Shown: positions 36,203 to 49,039 of the stretch, one piece after another
How the letters are laid out: every line of letters begins with the position of its first letter
Position numbering within the stretch: position 1 is the stretch's first letter
Source: Centroscyllium fabricii
Lineage: Eukaryota
Length of the DNA: 64,000 nt
Assembly: GCA_051313645.2 (NCBI GenBank)
Contig: JBNRSN020000005.1
Coordinates: 303,366,001-303,430,000, forward strand
Direction: 5' to 3'
Notes under the pieces: generated by a model
The model's input: the letters and a program-made list of their open reading frames with translations, nothing else
What the model was told of the DNA's origin: nothing
Database searches by the model: none
Made by a program: the position numbers and the translations under genes

Positions 36203-37178
36203 ATTAACGATTTGGATATGGGAGTAGGGGGTACGATCAGCAAATTCGCTGATGATACGAAAATCGGAAGGGTGGTAAACAACGATGAGGATAGTAAGGG
36301 GCTTCAGGAGGATATAGATATAATGGTTAATTGGGCAGAAAAATGGCAAATGGAGTTCAACCCAGAGAAATGCGAGGTCATTCAATTCGGTAGACCAAAT
36401 GGGGTAAGGGAATATACCATGAACAACAAAACGTTAAATAGGACCGAGGAGCAGAGGGACCTGGGGGTACAGGTGCACAGCTCCCTGAAGGTTGCTGGAC
36501 ACGTTAACAAGGTGGTTAAGAAGGCATACGGAATTCTCGCCTTTATTAACCAGGGCATAGTATACAAAAGTAGGGAGGTAATGTTAAACCTGTATAACAC
36601 ACTGGTGAGACCTCAGCTGGAGTACTGTGTGCAGTTCTGGTCACCGCACTACAGGAAGGATGTGGCTGCCCTGGAGAGGGTGCAGAGAAGGTTTACCAGG
36701 ATGATACCTGGTCTGGCGGACCTATGCTACGAGGAAAGGCTGGACAGGCTGGGGTTGTTTGCCTTGGAAAAAAGAAGGTGGAGGGGTGACATGATTGAGG
36801 TGTACAAGATCATGAGGGGACACGATAGGGTAGACAAAGGGGCATTGTTTCCCCTGGTGGGAGAGTCAAGCACTAGGGGACATAGATTCAAGATCAGGGG
36901 GGGGAGGTTTAGGGGGGAGGTAAGGAGAAATTTCTTTACCCAGAGGGTGGTGGAAGACTGGAACTCCCTGCCTGTGAGGGTGGTGGAGGCAGGAACCATC
37001 ACAACATTTAAAAAATACTTGGACCAGCACATGAAGGACCATAACATACAGGGTTATGGGCCAGGTGCGGGCAACTGGGGTTAGAACAGTGAGGAGTTTT
37101 TCTGGGCCGGTGCGGACTGGATGGGCCGAATGGCCCTTATCCGCACTGTAAAATTTCTATGATTCTATGATTCTATGA
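36203..37178 (+). mobile_element. Young 5'-truncated CR1 with an uninterrupted RT C-terminal ORF
   Basis: ORF 36134..37084 from INDLD..ISKFADDTKIG through GYGPGAGNWG* with no stop; 3'UTR and (ttctatga)x3 tail. Confidence 0.93.
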
Positions 37179-37725
37179 TTGCCGGACGTTCAAAGCTGCC
37201 GGTTTTTTGGGAAACGGATTACTGGTGCTCAACCTGTACCAATTTCCTTTAATTCCTCCTCACTAGACCCTAGCATTTCTGGGAACATTTCTGAATCAGA
37301 ACAACAGATTTGGATCTCTCCATTCTTTCACAGATATCACCGCAATGGACAAACTATAGCTGACCTAAGCAAGTAGCTTTGTGAGAAAATGGAGATCTCT
37401 ACTGCCACAGCTCCTATTCTGCCTGTGGGAGTGAAGATAACGCGCTATCGAAACTCTTCCGGCATCACAGGAACCTTCCAAACACCAATGGTATCACTGC
37501 TTGAATTAGCTGGTGCAGCACATTCAAATGCAGTCAGAAACACTGCTGCTGCATTAGTCAACCCCACTGGACTATCAGTAGCAACATAATGTAGAAGGTG
37601 CATTATATGCCCTGGGTACGTTCCTCACCATCCTGTGCCAACTAACTGCATAAATGTTCACATATGTACATCTGTAAATGATCACCTCCAAAAGATTTCT
37701 ACTTCAAGAACCACCGAGCCACATA

Positions 37726-38062
37726 CAGGAAACTCTTTATTATCTGGCACCTAAATATCCGGAATTCTCTATTAACCGGCAAAATTCTCATCCGAAAACA
37801 ACACCTCAATAACCGGCAATGTTGCCGAGTCAGAGTCTCCTGTGGTGGCTGAGTTAATCAGTGGGGGTAGTTCTCCAAGCTGCCACAATCCACATCCATT
37901 TAACACAACATTCTGTAGGTGAGCACCCAATTACTGTATACTGCACATTTCTTGATTTTTTTTATTTTTGTTTAAAAAAGCCTCAGCAGATAACTCTCTC
38001 CGTTATCCGGAATTTTTGATAAACCGGCAACACGCCAGTCCCGGATAATAAAGAGATTCCTG
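37726..38062. mobile_element. Tc1/mariner-type MITE, TA TSD
   Basis: TA|CAGGAAACTCTTTATTATCTGG ... CCGGATAATAAAGAGATTCCTG|TA. Confidence 0.85.
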
Positions 38063-38099
38063 TATAATGCAAAGTGTGGTAGCCGTGTATCGCTGTACT

Positions 38100-38515
38100 T
38101 ACATAAGAATATAAGAAATAGGAGCAGGAGTAAGCCATTTGGCCCTTCGCACCTGCTCCGTCATTCAATGAGATCATGGCTGATCTTCTACCTCATCTCC
38201 ACTTTCCTGCACTAACCCCATATCCCTCGATTCCCTTAATATTCAAAAATCTATCGATCTCTGCCTTGAATATACTCAACGACTGAGCCTCCACAGCCCA
38301 CTGGGGTAGAGAATTCCAAAGATACACCACCCTCCGAGCGAAGAAATGTCTCCTCATCTCAGTCTTAAATGGCCGACCCCTTATTCTGAGACTGTGACCC
38401 CTGGTTCTAGACTCCCCAGCCAGGGGAAACATCCTCCCTGCATCTACCCTGTCAAGCCCTGTAAGACTTTTGTATGTTTCAATGAGATCACCTCGTTCTT
38501 CAAAACTCTAGAGCT
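38100..38515 (-). mobile_element. CR1 3' end
   Basis: ORF 38193..38432 TRGHSLRIRGRPFKTEMRRHFF; acataagaa tail. Confidence 0.9.
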
Positions 38516-39289
38516 ATGTAAGGCTTCTACTTTCCTGAAAATTCATGTGGCCGAGATATTCCACAATTGAATCATTGGTACCCGACATGAATCTAAGTGA
38601 ACTGCACACCAGCCAATCCTCTGGACATGTACTACATTCCCTAGTTACAACTAAAGTCAGACTACAGATAAAGGAGATGACCTTGGTGCATGCTATATTT
38701 ACCAGAGAGCCACTAATCTTTATTCTGTCGCCAAATGCATGGTCTGTCAAGAATCCTCCCTCACCAGTTGGACAGTCTTCCCTCACCAGTTGGACAGACT
38801 GACCTATTCCGATTGTTGCTGGTCACTGGGAAGGGCCTGACATGGTTGGTTTCTGGTGGACTGGTCCGTCTAGGTTTCAACTGTTCTGGCCAACATAATC
38901 ACTCTGGCATTATCAGATGGATTCTCTGCATCTTGGTGTTAATTCACTTAGCTATATGAATGAATTTGTTGTTGGATGATATAGTGGCGTGTGTGCTGCT
39001 GCTATCAAATAACTTGGCTCATGACTAGCTAACAGTTTCCACTAAAATCGGACTATCGTGCACCGACCAGCGAGCTAACCTTGCCGCAGCATAATCCTCC
39101 ACTCGTGTGATGGATTCTTGCTTGAAATATCACTAATCTAAAATGTTACAAAGTCTTGTTTGGAGTGGGGGGGAGGGAGCGGTGGTTGATCTTGGCCTGT
39201 TCAACCAACTCTCAAGCCAGCTCTGCACACTTAGAATTATTACAATGTGTAATATCATCGTTATCAAGAAACAGTTGAGCGCACGGGAT

Positions 39290-39680
39290 AGAAAAAAAAA
39301 GACTTGCATTTATATAGCACCTTTCACGACCACCAGGGGTCTCAAAGCACTTTACAGCCAATGAAGTACTTTTGAAGTGTAGTCACTGTTGTAATGTGGG
39401 AAACACAGCAGCTAATTTGCGCATAGCAAGCTCCCACGAACAGCAATGTGATAATGACCAGATAATCTATTTTTGTTATGTTGATTGAGGGATAAATATT
39501 GGCCAGGACACCAGGGATAACTCCCCTGCTCTTCTTCAAAATCGTGCCTTGGGATCTTTTATGTCCACTTGAGAGAGCAGACGGGACCTCGATTTAACGT
39601 CTCATCCAAAAGACAGCACCTCCGACAATGCAGCACTCCCTCGGAACTGCTCTGGAGTGTCAGCCTAGATTTTTATGTGC
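39290..39680 (-). mobile_element. Deu-domain SINE (SacSINE1-like)
   Basis: Reverse complement of the 18305 and 14278 sequences; L2-type tail gacttgcatttatatagc. Confidence 0.85.
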
Positions 39681-41235
39681 TCTGCAAAGGCTATGGGCCT
39701 AGACAGCATCCCAGCTGTTGTGCTGAAGGCTTGTGCTCCAGGACGAGCCGCGCCTCTAGCCAAGCTGCTCCAGTACAACTACAAAAATGGCATCTACCTG
39801 ACAATGTGGAAAACTGCCCAGGTATGTCCTGTCCACAAAAAGCAGGACAAATCCAATCCGGCCATTTACCATCGCATCAGTCTACTCTCAATCATCAGCA
39901 AAGTGATGGAAGGTGTCGTCGACGGTGCTTACTCACCAATAACCTGCTCACTGAAAGAAAGAGTTTGGGTTCCGCCAGGACCACTCGGCTCCAGATCTCA
40001 TTATGGCCTTGGTCCAAACATGGACAAAAGAGCTAAATTCCAGAGGAGAGGTGAGAGTGATTTCCCATGACACCAAGACAGCATTTGACCGAGTGTGGCA
40101 TCAAGGAGCCCTAGTAAAACTGAAGTCAATGGGAATCCGGGGGGGGGGGGGGTACGCTCCACTGGCTAGAGTCATACCTAGCACAAAGGAAGATAGTTGT
40201 GGTTGTTGGAGGTCAATCATCTCAACCACAGGACATCACTGCAGGAGTTCCTCAGGGCAGTGTCCTAGGCCCAACCATCTTCAGCTGCTTCATCAATGAC
40301 CTTTCCTCCATCATAAGGTCAGAAGTGGAGATGTTCGCTGATGATTGCAGGGTTCAACGCCATTCACAATGCCTCAGATAATGAAGCTGTCCATGCCCGC
40401 TGCAACAAGACCTGCACAACATTCAGGTTTGGGCTGATAAGTGGCAGGTAACATTTGTGTAACAGAAGTGCTCGGCAATGACTATCTCCAACAAGCAAGA
40501 GTCCAACCACCACCCCGTGACATTTAATGGCATTACCATCGCCAAATCCCCCACCATCAACATCCTGAGGGTTACCCTTGACCAGAAACTTAACTGGACC
40601 AGCCACACAAATACTGTGGCAACAAGAGCAGGTCAGAGGCTGGGTATTCTGCAGCGAGTGTCTCACCTCCTGACTCCCCAAAGCCTTTCCACCATCTACA
40701 AGGCACAAGTCAGAAGTGTGATGGAATACTCTCCACTTGCCTGGATGAGTGCAGCTCCAACAACACTCAAGAAGCTCAACACCATCCAGAACAAAGCAGC
40801 CTGCTTGATTGGCACTCCATCCACCACCTTGAACTTTCACTCTCTCCAGCACCAGTGCACCATGGTTGCAGTGTGTACCATCTACAAGATGCACTGCACC
40901 AACTCGCCAAGTTTTCTTTGACAGCATCTCCCAAACCCGAGACCTCTACCAGCTAGACAGACAAGGGCAGCAGGTGCATGGGAACACCACCACCTCCAAG
41001 TTCCCCTCCAAGTAACACACCATCCTGACTTGGAAATATATTGATGTTCCTTCATCGTCGCTGGGTCAAAGTCCTGGAACTCCCTGCCTAATAGCACTGT
41101 GGCAGTACCTTCACCACACGGACTACAGCAGTTCAAGGCGGTGGCTCACCACCACCTTCGCAAGGGCGCAATTAGGGATGGGCAATAAATGCTGACTTTG
41201 CCAGCGACGCTCAGATCCCAGGACAGAATAAAGAA
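39680..41235 (+). mobile_element. CR1-clade LINE of a distinct lineage, RT to 3' end
   Basis: KAMGLDSIPAVVLKACAP, RISLLSIISKVME, GVPQGSVLGP, MFADD, YKAQVRSVMEYSPLAW; several frameshifts. Confidence 0.85.
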
Positions 41236-43483
41236 AATCACCAGTGTTATATTTTCTGTAACTTGAATATACAGGAACAAATTACTTGATACAGATTATA
41301 AAATAAAATAGAGCAAAGCTTTTGAATGCATACTGTAAAAAATCCTCTCTTCCCTACTGGGCTTTCACTGATTCTAGACGATGTCATAGCACCATATTGC
41401 AGCGCCGATTTACCAAGTGGGAAAACATACTTTGTTACATCATGCACACCAGTTAAATGTAAGTTATTTCCAGGAACCTGCAATGAAATTCTCTTATGTT
41501 TTTAAATGACAGTGAATTATGGAACTGCTTTATTTACAACCTAATTTACCATTTTCTGATCAGACAAGGTAACCAACCATACATTGCTCTAATTGTGTGG
41601 TTAGGCTTTGTTACTTAATCAATACTTTCTCATGGCCATGCATTCTCTATGTTTACACTGTGGTTTCCTCAAAATATTCAATGAAATTAGTCACACATGA
41701 CCTGCCCTTTACAATTTCCTGCTGACTGCCCCTAATTAGTTCATGCATTTCTAATTATTACTAATTTTATTCCAAAGTTTACTTACTACCAAGGTAAGAA
41801 TAACTGGGCTGCAATTTGCTGGTTTGTCCCTTTTCCCTTTCTTGAACAGCAATCTACAATCTTTTGGCACAATTCCAGTTTCCGATATAGGTGTGCACAA
41901 TTACTTTTGATAGCTGTAGCAAACACAACTGACTATTTAACAGTTCTGATTGGTTAAGACTTACTTCAGACCGTTCAACAACTGCTAAACTAATTTTAAC
42001 AATTCTTATAATTTTGCGTGTCGATAAGAGTCTACTTTTTGGCCGATTGGTTAAATGCAGGTTTGCAGTTTTCTAATTGGTCATTCCACCAAAAAATGTT
42101 ACGTTTTACCAAAGGACGTTTCCCTGTCTGAAATTTATGATTCACCCAATCTACAAAATAAAAATGCAAACAGCCAACCGACCACGCACACTCTGGAAAA
42201 ATAAGACAGTTCCCTATCAATTAAACTTTGTATCTGGTCTCCTACTAAAAAAAAGACGCAGCCACCTTCAAAGTTTCCCCGCGAGACTAAAGCTGGGCTC
42301 CAGTCTCCCGCTCAAAACGGAAGCGGAGCCACTATGGCACTGCCTCCGCCTCGAATTGGACTCTCTCACAAGGCTCAGCGCCAGCTATTAGCAGCAGCTA
42401 GACAGAAATGAGTCTCTAAGGAACATTACAGGAGATGCGATGTGAAAAATGGTACTTCTGGACAACGCAATAGATCAAGCAGGGGATCAATGGATTCAGA
42501 AATACGGCCTAATATATCCTGAGACTTAGAATTCTAGTCTCAATTAATGGTCCATAAAGAAAGCTTGACCACTATGGTACTCATTCATCTCTATTAGGTG
42601 CACCATGTTCGATGCAGGTGCAAATAAATGTTCGGCTCAGTAATCATACTGAGCCCAGCAAGTGCCAAAGATGATAGGAAAAAGAGGAATGCTAAAACAT
42701 TTAGGAATGCTAAAACATTTTAAAAGAAAGTTCAGTCCTTCTCATCACAATTAGCATTTTCAGTGCTCGACAAAGCCTGCATTAAAATGGTGGAATCATC
42801 ACAGCCTTGTTTGGCAGGCTACACTTAAAGTCCATTGCTTGCTCCAGGGCTCAACATCGTCCCCATGACATTAAGACCAGTGAGACACTGCCTCAGGCAG
42901 CGTTCCTGCCTGGAATTCTGTTTCTGTATGCAGGTGTTCAAACACTAAGCCAGCGTTTTGGAAATCCTTGACTTGCCCTTGAATACTCCAATCCAAATTC
43001 TTTCCTCTTCGCAATCATATCAAGCGCACTTTTGCAAGACTCCGGTCTTCATTTGTTTCCTCTGGATACATCGCGTTATGCCAACGCTCTAACAAAATGA
43101 AACTTACTTACTATTGCAGGAGGAAGGGGGGAAAAAGGGAAGGCAGCGGCGAGGAAGGGAAGAGGGAAGTAAAGAGTGATGGTCTGGGAGGGGAGAGTGG
43201 TAGCAATACTTGAGAGGAAGGAGAGCAGAGAAAAAGAGTGTCATTTTGAACTGGGTGGGGAGGGAAAAGAACCATTTAGAATGTGTGCAGTGGGGAGAAA
43301 AATATTCCCAGCTTGAACAGGGAATGGAAGAAGAATACAAGCTTGAAATGGGTTGGAGGGGGATAAGAATGCCACGATGAACGCTAGCTTGAACTGGGAG
43401 GGTTGACTCTAAACAGAGTGGAGAGTTGATGGGAGTTGAACGTGCAAGAGTGCGACACAAGATAGTAACTGAAGTAGCTTTTC

Positions 43484-44190
43484 AGAGTTATACAGCACGG
43501 AAAGAGGCCCTTCGGCCCATCGTGCCCGCGCCGGCCATCAAGCCCTGTCTATTCTAATCCCATTTTCCTGCATTTGCTCCGTAGCCTTGTATGCTATGGC
43601 GTTTCAAGTGCTTATCTAAATGCTTCTTGAATGTTGTGAGGGTTCCTGCCTCGACCACCCTTTCATAGAAACATAGAAACATAGAAGTTAGGAGGAGTAG
43701 GCCATTCGGCCCCTCGAGCCTGCTCCGCCATTCAGTGAGATCGTGGCTGATCATCCAAACTCAGTACCCTGTACCTGCCTTCTCCCCATATCCCTTGATC
43801 CCTCTAGCCTTAAGAAATACATCCAGCTCCTTCTTGAATATATTCAATGAACTAGCCTCCACCGCCCTCTGTGGAAGAGGATTCCACAGGTTCACCAATC
43901 TCTGGGTGAAGAAATTCCTCCTCATCTCTGTCCTAAATGAGTTACCCCTTATCCTTAGGCAGTGAGTTCCAGATTCCAACCACCCTCTGGGTGAAAAAGT
44001 TCTTCTTCAAATCCCCTCTAAACATCCTGCCCCTTACCTTGAAACTATGCCCTCTGGTTATTGACCCCTCTACTAAGGGAAAAAGTTCCTTTCTATCTAC
44101 CCTATCTATGCCCCTCATAATTTTGTACACCTCAATCAGGTCCCCCCTCAAACTTCTCTGCTCCAAGTTAAACAACCCCAGCCTGTCCAG
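43484..44190 (-). mobile_element. CR1 3' end with a second CR1 tail nested at about 43665-43956
   Basis: ORFs 43942..44175 and 43761..43979 represent two different CR1 C-termini. Confidence 0.85.
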
Positions 44191-45062
44191 TCTGGTTTGT
44201 CTGAAGACCCAAATGTCACTTTGTTACTCTTTTTTTAAATTAAAAACACATCAATTGTGAAGTAGGAAAATGTTTAGCATTAACCAGAATGCACCATTAA
44301 TGTAAAAATTCAGAGCGTTGCCTCAGACCCCTCCCAGAAATGCACTCAGTTGCTGCACAGGTAAGGGTTGGGCACATTTGGAAGGATGGGGCACAATTAT
44401 AAATTTGTTGCCGACATCTGTAACTAGAATGATCTTATGATCAGTAACACAGGGATTAAACCCCGTATTTGCTCCCACTAATAGATCTGCTGCTGCTTTT
44501 GGGTGAAAGAAGTTTTAAGATATGAACAAAAATAATTAATTTCTAAAAGCCAGAGAGCAGTTTTCAATAAAATTCAGCAAATATCACTTTTTACATGATT
44601 TTTTTTTAATGTTCATTGCAGATTGTAAAATATAGCCCCCCTCCCCCCGCCACCCCACTCCACCCTGCAGAAAATTACATTTTGTGCCGTAAACATTTGT
44701 ATTTCACCTTCAGGCTTTCATGTGATTGCGTTATTTTCCCTCCCAAGTGAGGAATGTTGGATCTATCTGCAGCTTAAACTACAAGCCTGAGCAACTACTG
44801 GTTTTTCATATTCATAAACTTAAGATCAGGACTGTTTTGGTGGCTGCATAAGTTTTGTTGAGGCCGTTGGTCAGCTTTTGCTAGTTTTCCATGTTAGTAA
44901 AATTGACTATTCTTCGCTTGACCTCCTATATCAGACAAAACCATTGAAGTTTTACAAGGGCTCATTTTCTCGAGGTATGTATTGTAACCTGAATACACCA
45001 ACTTTGTGTTAGTGGAATGACACAAGGATTGCAAATCTCATAAAACAATGGATGAAAATTTT

Positions 45063-45252
45063 ACATAGAAACATAGAAGATAGGATCAGCAGTAGGCCAT
45101 TCAGCCCCTCGAGCCTGCTCCACCATTCGATGAGATCACGGCTGATCATCCAAACCGAGCACCCCGTACCTGCCTTCTCCCCATATCCCTTGATACCTTT
45201 AGCTCGAAGAACTACCCTGTATATCTAACTCCTTCTTGAATATATTTAATGA
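45063..45252 (-). mobile_element. CR1 3' tail
   Basis: acatagaaacatagaagatagga..gtaggccattcagcccctcgag. Confidence 0.8.
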
Positions 45253-45762
45253 CTTTATTTTAGGGTTAACATTTTTGTAGCAGAGCCAGTATAAATGGTC
45301 AGACGGATATCATCACAAAGATTGTAATAGCTGCCCGTACAGTCGACAGCCACTCAAGTAGCCAGCACAGCTTAGAATAAGACAGAAAGACAGACAGACT
45401 TGCATTTATATAGCGCCTTTCACAACCTCAGGACGTCCCAAAGCATTTTACAGCTAATGAAGTGCTGTTGAAGTATAGTCACTGTTGTAATGTAGGAAAC
45501 ACGGCAGCAAGAGGACATAGACAGGCTGGTGGAATGGGCGGACACGTGGCAAGTGAAATTTAACGCAGAAAAGTGCGAAGTAATACATTTTGGTAGGAAC
45601 AACGAGGAGAGGCAACATAAACTAAGGTGTACAATCCTAAAGGAGGTGCAGGAACAGAGAGACCTGGGGGTATATGCGCACAAATTGTTGAAGGTGGCAG
45701 GGCAGATTGAGAAAGCAGTTAAAAAAGCACACGGGATCCTGGGCTTCATGAATAGAGGCATA

Positions 45763-46573
45763 AGCCTGGATTTTGTCAATGGGGACGTGATGGAGGCGGG
45801 ACTCCCAATTTTTGGGTTGTAGTTCCACCTCCATCGATTTGTGACCAACCCATTCGATTTTTCCTTGATTGACCAGCCAGCAGGCTAATTAAGGGACACC
45901 CGGTTACAGGTGACGTCAGGGATTGACATTTCATCTGTCAAGAGCTTTTGACAGATGAAATAGCAGCGTTTGACAGCTTTGTGAAGCTGTCAAACACTGA
46001 CAATCTGACTTCTAACTTGAATCCTTCTCCACAGACTCAGTTAGAAATCTCTCCAGAACACAAAGCAGAGGCTGCAACTTTTGACAGCTCGCAGCCATTC
46101 TGCTTTCTGTGTCCGTGAGATGAGGGTCTCCTGAGACCTGAAGGAAGGAAACCTGCATTAGTAAGTAAAGGTAAGTAAAACTTATTTAAGCACTTTACAC
46201 AGACCAAACACACCTACCTCTGCACTCATTCACCCATCACTCACCTGAACACCGGACATCTCGAACCCTACAAGCCCTTCAGCCGACGGTCCGCCTCGCT
46301 AACTTGCCGTGGTTTGGAGCCGTCGGGCAGCCCACACTTCAGGGCTAAAAATAGGGATAAGGTCAAAAACTGCCTGTTAACAGGCAGTTAATTGGCACGA
46401 ATCCCCTTCCCACCTTGGGGAGGCGGCTCCCAGCACCGGTCGGGTACCCGCCTCCTGGGAAGCGGGTATGGAGGCGGGTTGGGGGCGGGAAGGGTTCGTG
46501 CCCCCTCATTCTGCAATTTTCCCCCCACTCCCACCTCCAAAACCACCTCCACGGGACTCAGAAATTTGAGCCC
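45763..46573 (-). mobile_element. Harbinger-like MITE, family C, TSD ATA
   Basis: Host CR1 aatagaggc-ATA|...|ATA-gagtgcaaaag shows a clean 3-bp duplication; homolog of 31462-32252. Confidence 0.85.
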
Positions 46574-46783
46574 ATAGAGTGCAAAAGCAAGAAGATTATA
46601 ATGAGCATTTATAAAACACTGGTTCAGCCTCAACTGGAGTATTGTGTCCAATTCTGGACACCGAACTTTAGGAAGGATGTGAAGGCCTTAGAGAGGGTGC
46701 AGAAACAAATGACAAGAATGGTTCCAGGGATGCAGGTCTTCAGTTACATGAATAGACTGGAGAAGCAGGGGCTGTTCTCCTTC

Positions 46784-46953
46784 GATGGGGTGCGATGTGT
46801 GTCGGTGCAGGCTCGATAGGGATCAAGGGATATGGGGACAAGGCAGGGACAGGGTGCTCGGTTTGGATGATCAGCCATGATCTCATTGAATGGCGGAGCA
46901 GGCTCGAAGGGCAGAATAGCCTACTCCTGCTCCTATCTTCTATGTTTCTATGT
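46784..46953 (+). mobile_element. 5'-truncated HE1 SINE/CR1-tail chimera
   Basis: gatgtgtgtcggtgcaggctcgata|gggatcaagggatatgggg has the same junction as 34561-34580. Confidence 0.75.
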
Positions 46954-47951
46954 TTGAGCAGAGAGGATTGAGAGGAGATTTGATAGATGTGTTCAAAATC
47001 ATGAGGGGTCTAGACAGAGCAGATAGAGAGAGAAACTGTTCCTGTTGGTGGAAGGATCGAGGACACAGATTTAAGGTGACTGGCAGAAGAACCAAAGACG
47101 ACATGAGGAAAAACTTTTTTACACAGCAAGTGGTTATGATCTGGAATGCACTGCCTGGAAGGGTGGTGGAGACAGATTCAGTCGTGGCTTTCAAAAGGGA
47201 ATTAGGTACCTGAAAGAAAAAAAAATGCAGGGCTACGGGGAAAGGGTGGGACTAGTGGAAGTGCTGTTGCAGAGTGCCGACGAGGGTTCAGCGGGCCGAA
47301 CGGCCTCCTGCTGTGCTGTAACGATTCTATGGTATAATGCTCCAATTGTAATAAAACCATGTATCCCCTGCTCACCATGGGCAATGCTATGGAAAATTCC
47401 TCAGTATGTACTTAAGCGTGGTACATCTAGCATGTGCTTTGTCTGTCATTCTTCAGGCATTACACTTGGGTGTCACATTTATTTATGTGCAAATTTTGCA
47501 TCATATTTAACCCTGATTGGCTCAACCTTTATATTGATAACAACAATGAATCACAACAAGTAGAAAACATACAAATCAAACATGAGCAAAGCTGGTAAAC
47601 TTCCAAGAAGGAAGTAGTGCGAACATAGGAAAACAATGAATGAAGCATTGAGTCAAAATCTAAATACAGTAGTGACAAAATCTAATAAGCAAAAATAGAA
47701 GGGCAATGAATCAAGTCACTGCAAATATACAGGTATTGTGAAAATCCTTTAGACCACCAACTTGGTCTCTGTACTTAGCCGAGTATATGCTATGTAAATA
47801 AGGTAAGCAACATGTGACATATAAAGATTCCACTTCCCTAAACAATAACTTTTTCCAACGGAGGCCTGTGCCTCAAGTTCATGCAGTTTCGCTGAAGTTT
47901 AGTTCATGCAGTTGCTCAGAAGTATCACAGTCAGCTGAAGAAACACAACAA

Positions 47952-48265
47952 GGTACGGTGGCATAGTGGTTAGCACTGTTGCCTCACAGCGCTAGGGGCC
48001 CGGGTTCAAATCCGGCCTCGGGTGACTATCTGTGTGGAGTTTGCACGTTCTCCCCGTGTCGGCGTGGGTTTCCTCCGGGTGCTCCGGTTTCCTCCCACAG
48101 TCCAAAGATGTGCAGGTTAGGTTGATTGGCCAGGATAAATTGACCCTTAGTGTTAGGGGGATTGAATATGTGAGGTTACGGGGATAGGGTGGGATGTGTG
48201 TCGGTGCAGGCTCGATGGGCCAAAATGCCCTCTATCTGCACTGTACGGATTCTATGATTCTATGA
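47952..48265 (+). mobile_element. HE1-type V-SINE, full length
   Basis: A/B boxes, V domain, and a tail gctcgatgggcc...gcactgta..(ttctatga)n. Confidence 0.9.
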
Positions 48266-49039
48266 AGGTAGCCAGCAATAACTCCCAGCATGCAACTGCG
48301 GCTGCAATTTCTTTTATGTTGTACAAGACTATCCAGAGTTTGCAAGGTCATGTCACGCTGCTTGGAAATCCCACCTTCTCCAATGGAAAATTACCGAGAG
48401 AAAAAAATCCCTCGGAGGTTCCATGTGCATCCTATATGCTAGCTGCATTATTACAGTTGGTGAGCACAATAAAAAGAGCTGAATGCACATGCAAAAGGAG
48501 AGAATTAGCGTTAGGGGAAGGACTCGAGGATGAATGACAGAGCAGGCCGTTATAGTCTGTAATGTATTCTAAACCATTACGCCAGTGTAAGTTCCTTTAT
48601 TTATATGCTTATACACCAAACTCAAAAGAATATTAAGTTCTGGCAAGACTGCTCAAGTTTGGAAGGAGGTTCTGAATGAAAGTCCTGAATTTATTTAAGC
48701 AGAACCTTTTGCAACACTATGCATTGTTGCAGAGATATTTGGCAAAGAGGGAAAGATGCAAATGAATTTAATTTTTTCTTAAATTTTATACATTCTTTCA
48801 GCTTCATTATAAAAACTATACCCTAATATTAAAGATTTATTTATTGATGTGTTATGCAAGCAGAGTAACTTTATTTATCTAACTGCAATGGATAAGAAAA
48901 ATGCCATTTTATTAAACTAAACACTAAGCTATCCCATAATTTCTATCTATTAGGCTATTACTTAGTTTTTTTTAAACTGCCATCTCTCACCCCAACTGTG
49001 TCGAATTGTTTCTACTGATATGTGTTGATGGACTAGAGT

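Larger units (their letters stand above)
35458..37236. mobile_element. Tigger-like MITE with a 25-bp minisatellite and a nested CR1
   Basis: TA|CAGGTTGAGCACCGTTAATCCGG ... CGGATTACTGGTGCTCAACCTG|TA. Confidence 0.85.
32715..37285 (-). mobile_element. Decayed CR1 ORF2 hosting Rex1, HE1 SINE, a CR1 tail, a MITE and a young CR1
   Basis: ORFs 32686..32973, 33763..33951, 33929..34360, 34881..35093 and 35184..35441 are CR1 RT pieces that resume across each insertion. Confidence 0.8.
45506..47330 (+). mobile_element. CR1 RT to 3' end, interrupted by a MITE and a SINE fragment
   Basis: WQVKFNAEKCEVIHFG, QPQLEYCVQFW, LRGDLIDVFKIM, RKNFFTQQVV. Confidence 0.85.

Noticed and set aside
35472-36227. Repetitive Gly/Arg or Pro/Ser ORFs (also 8365-8815 and 20547-21021)
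   Set aside because: Translations of MITE-internal minisatellites.
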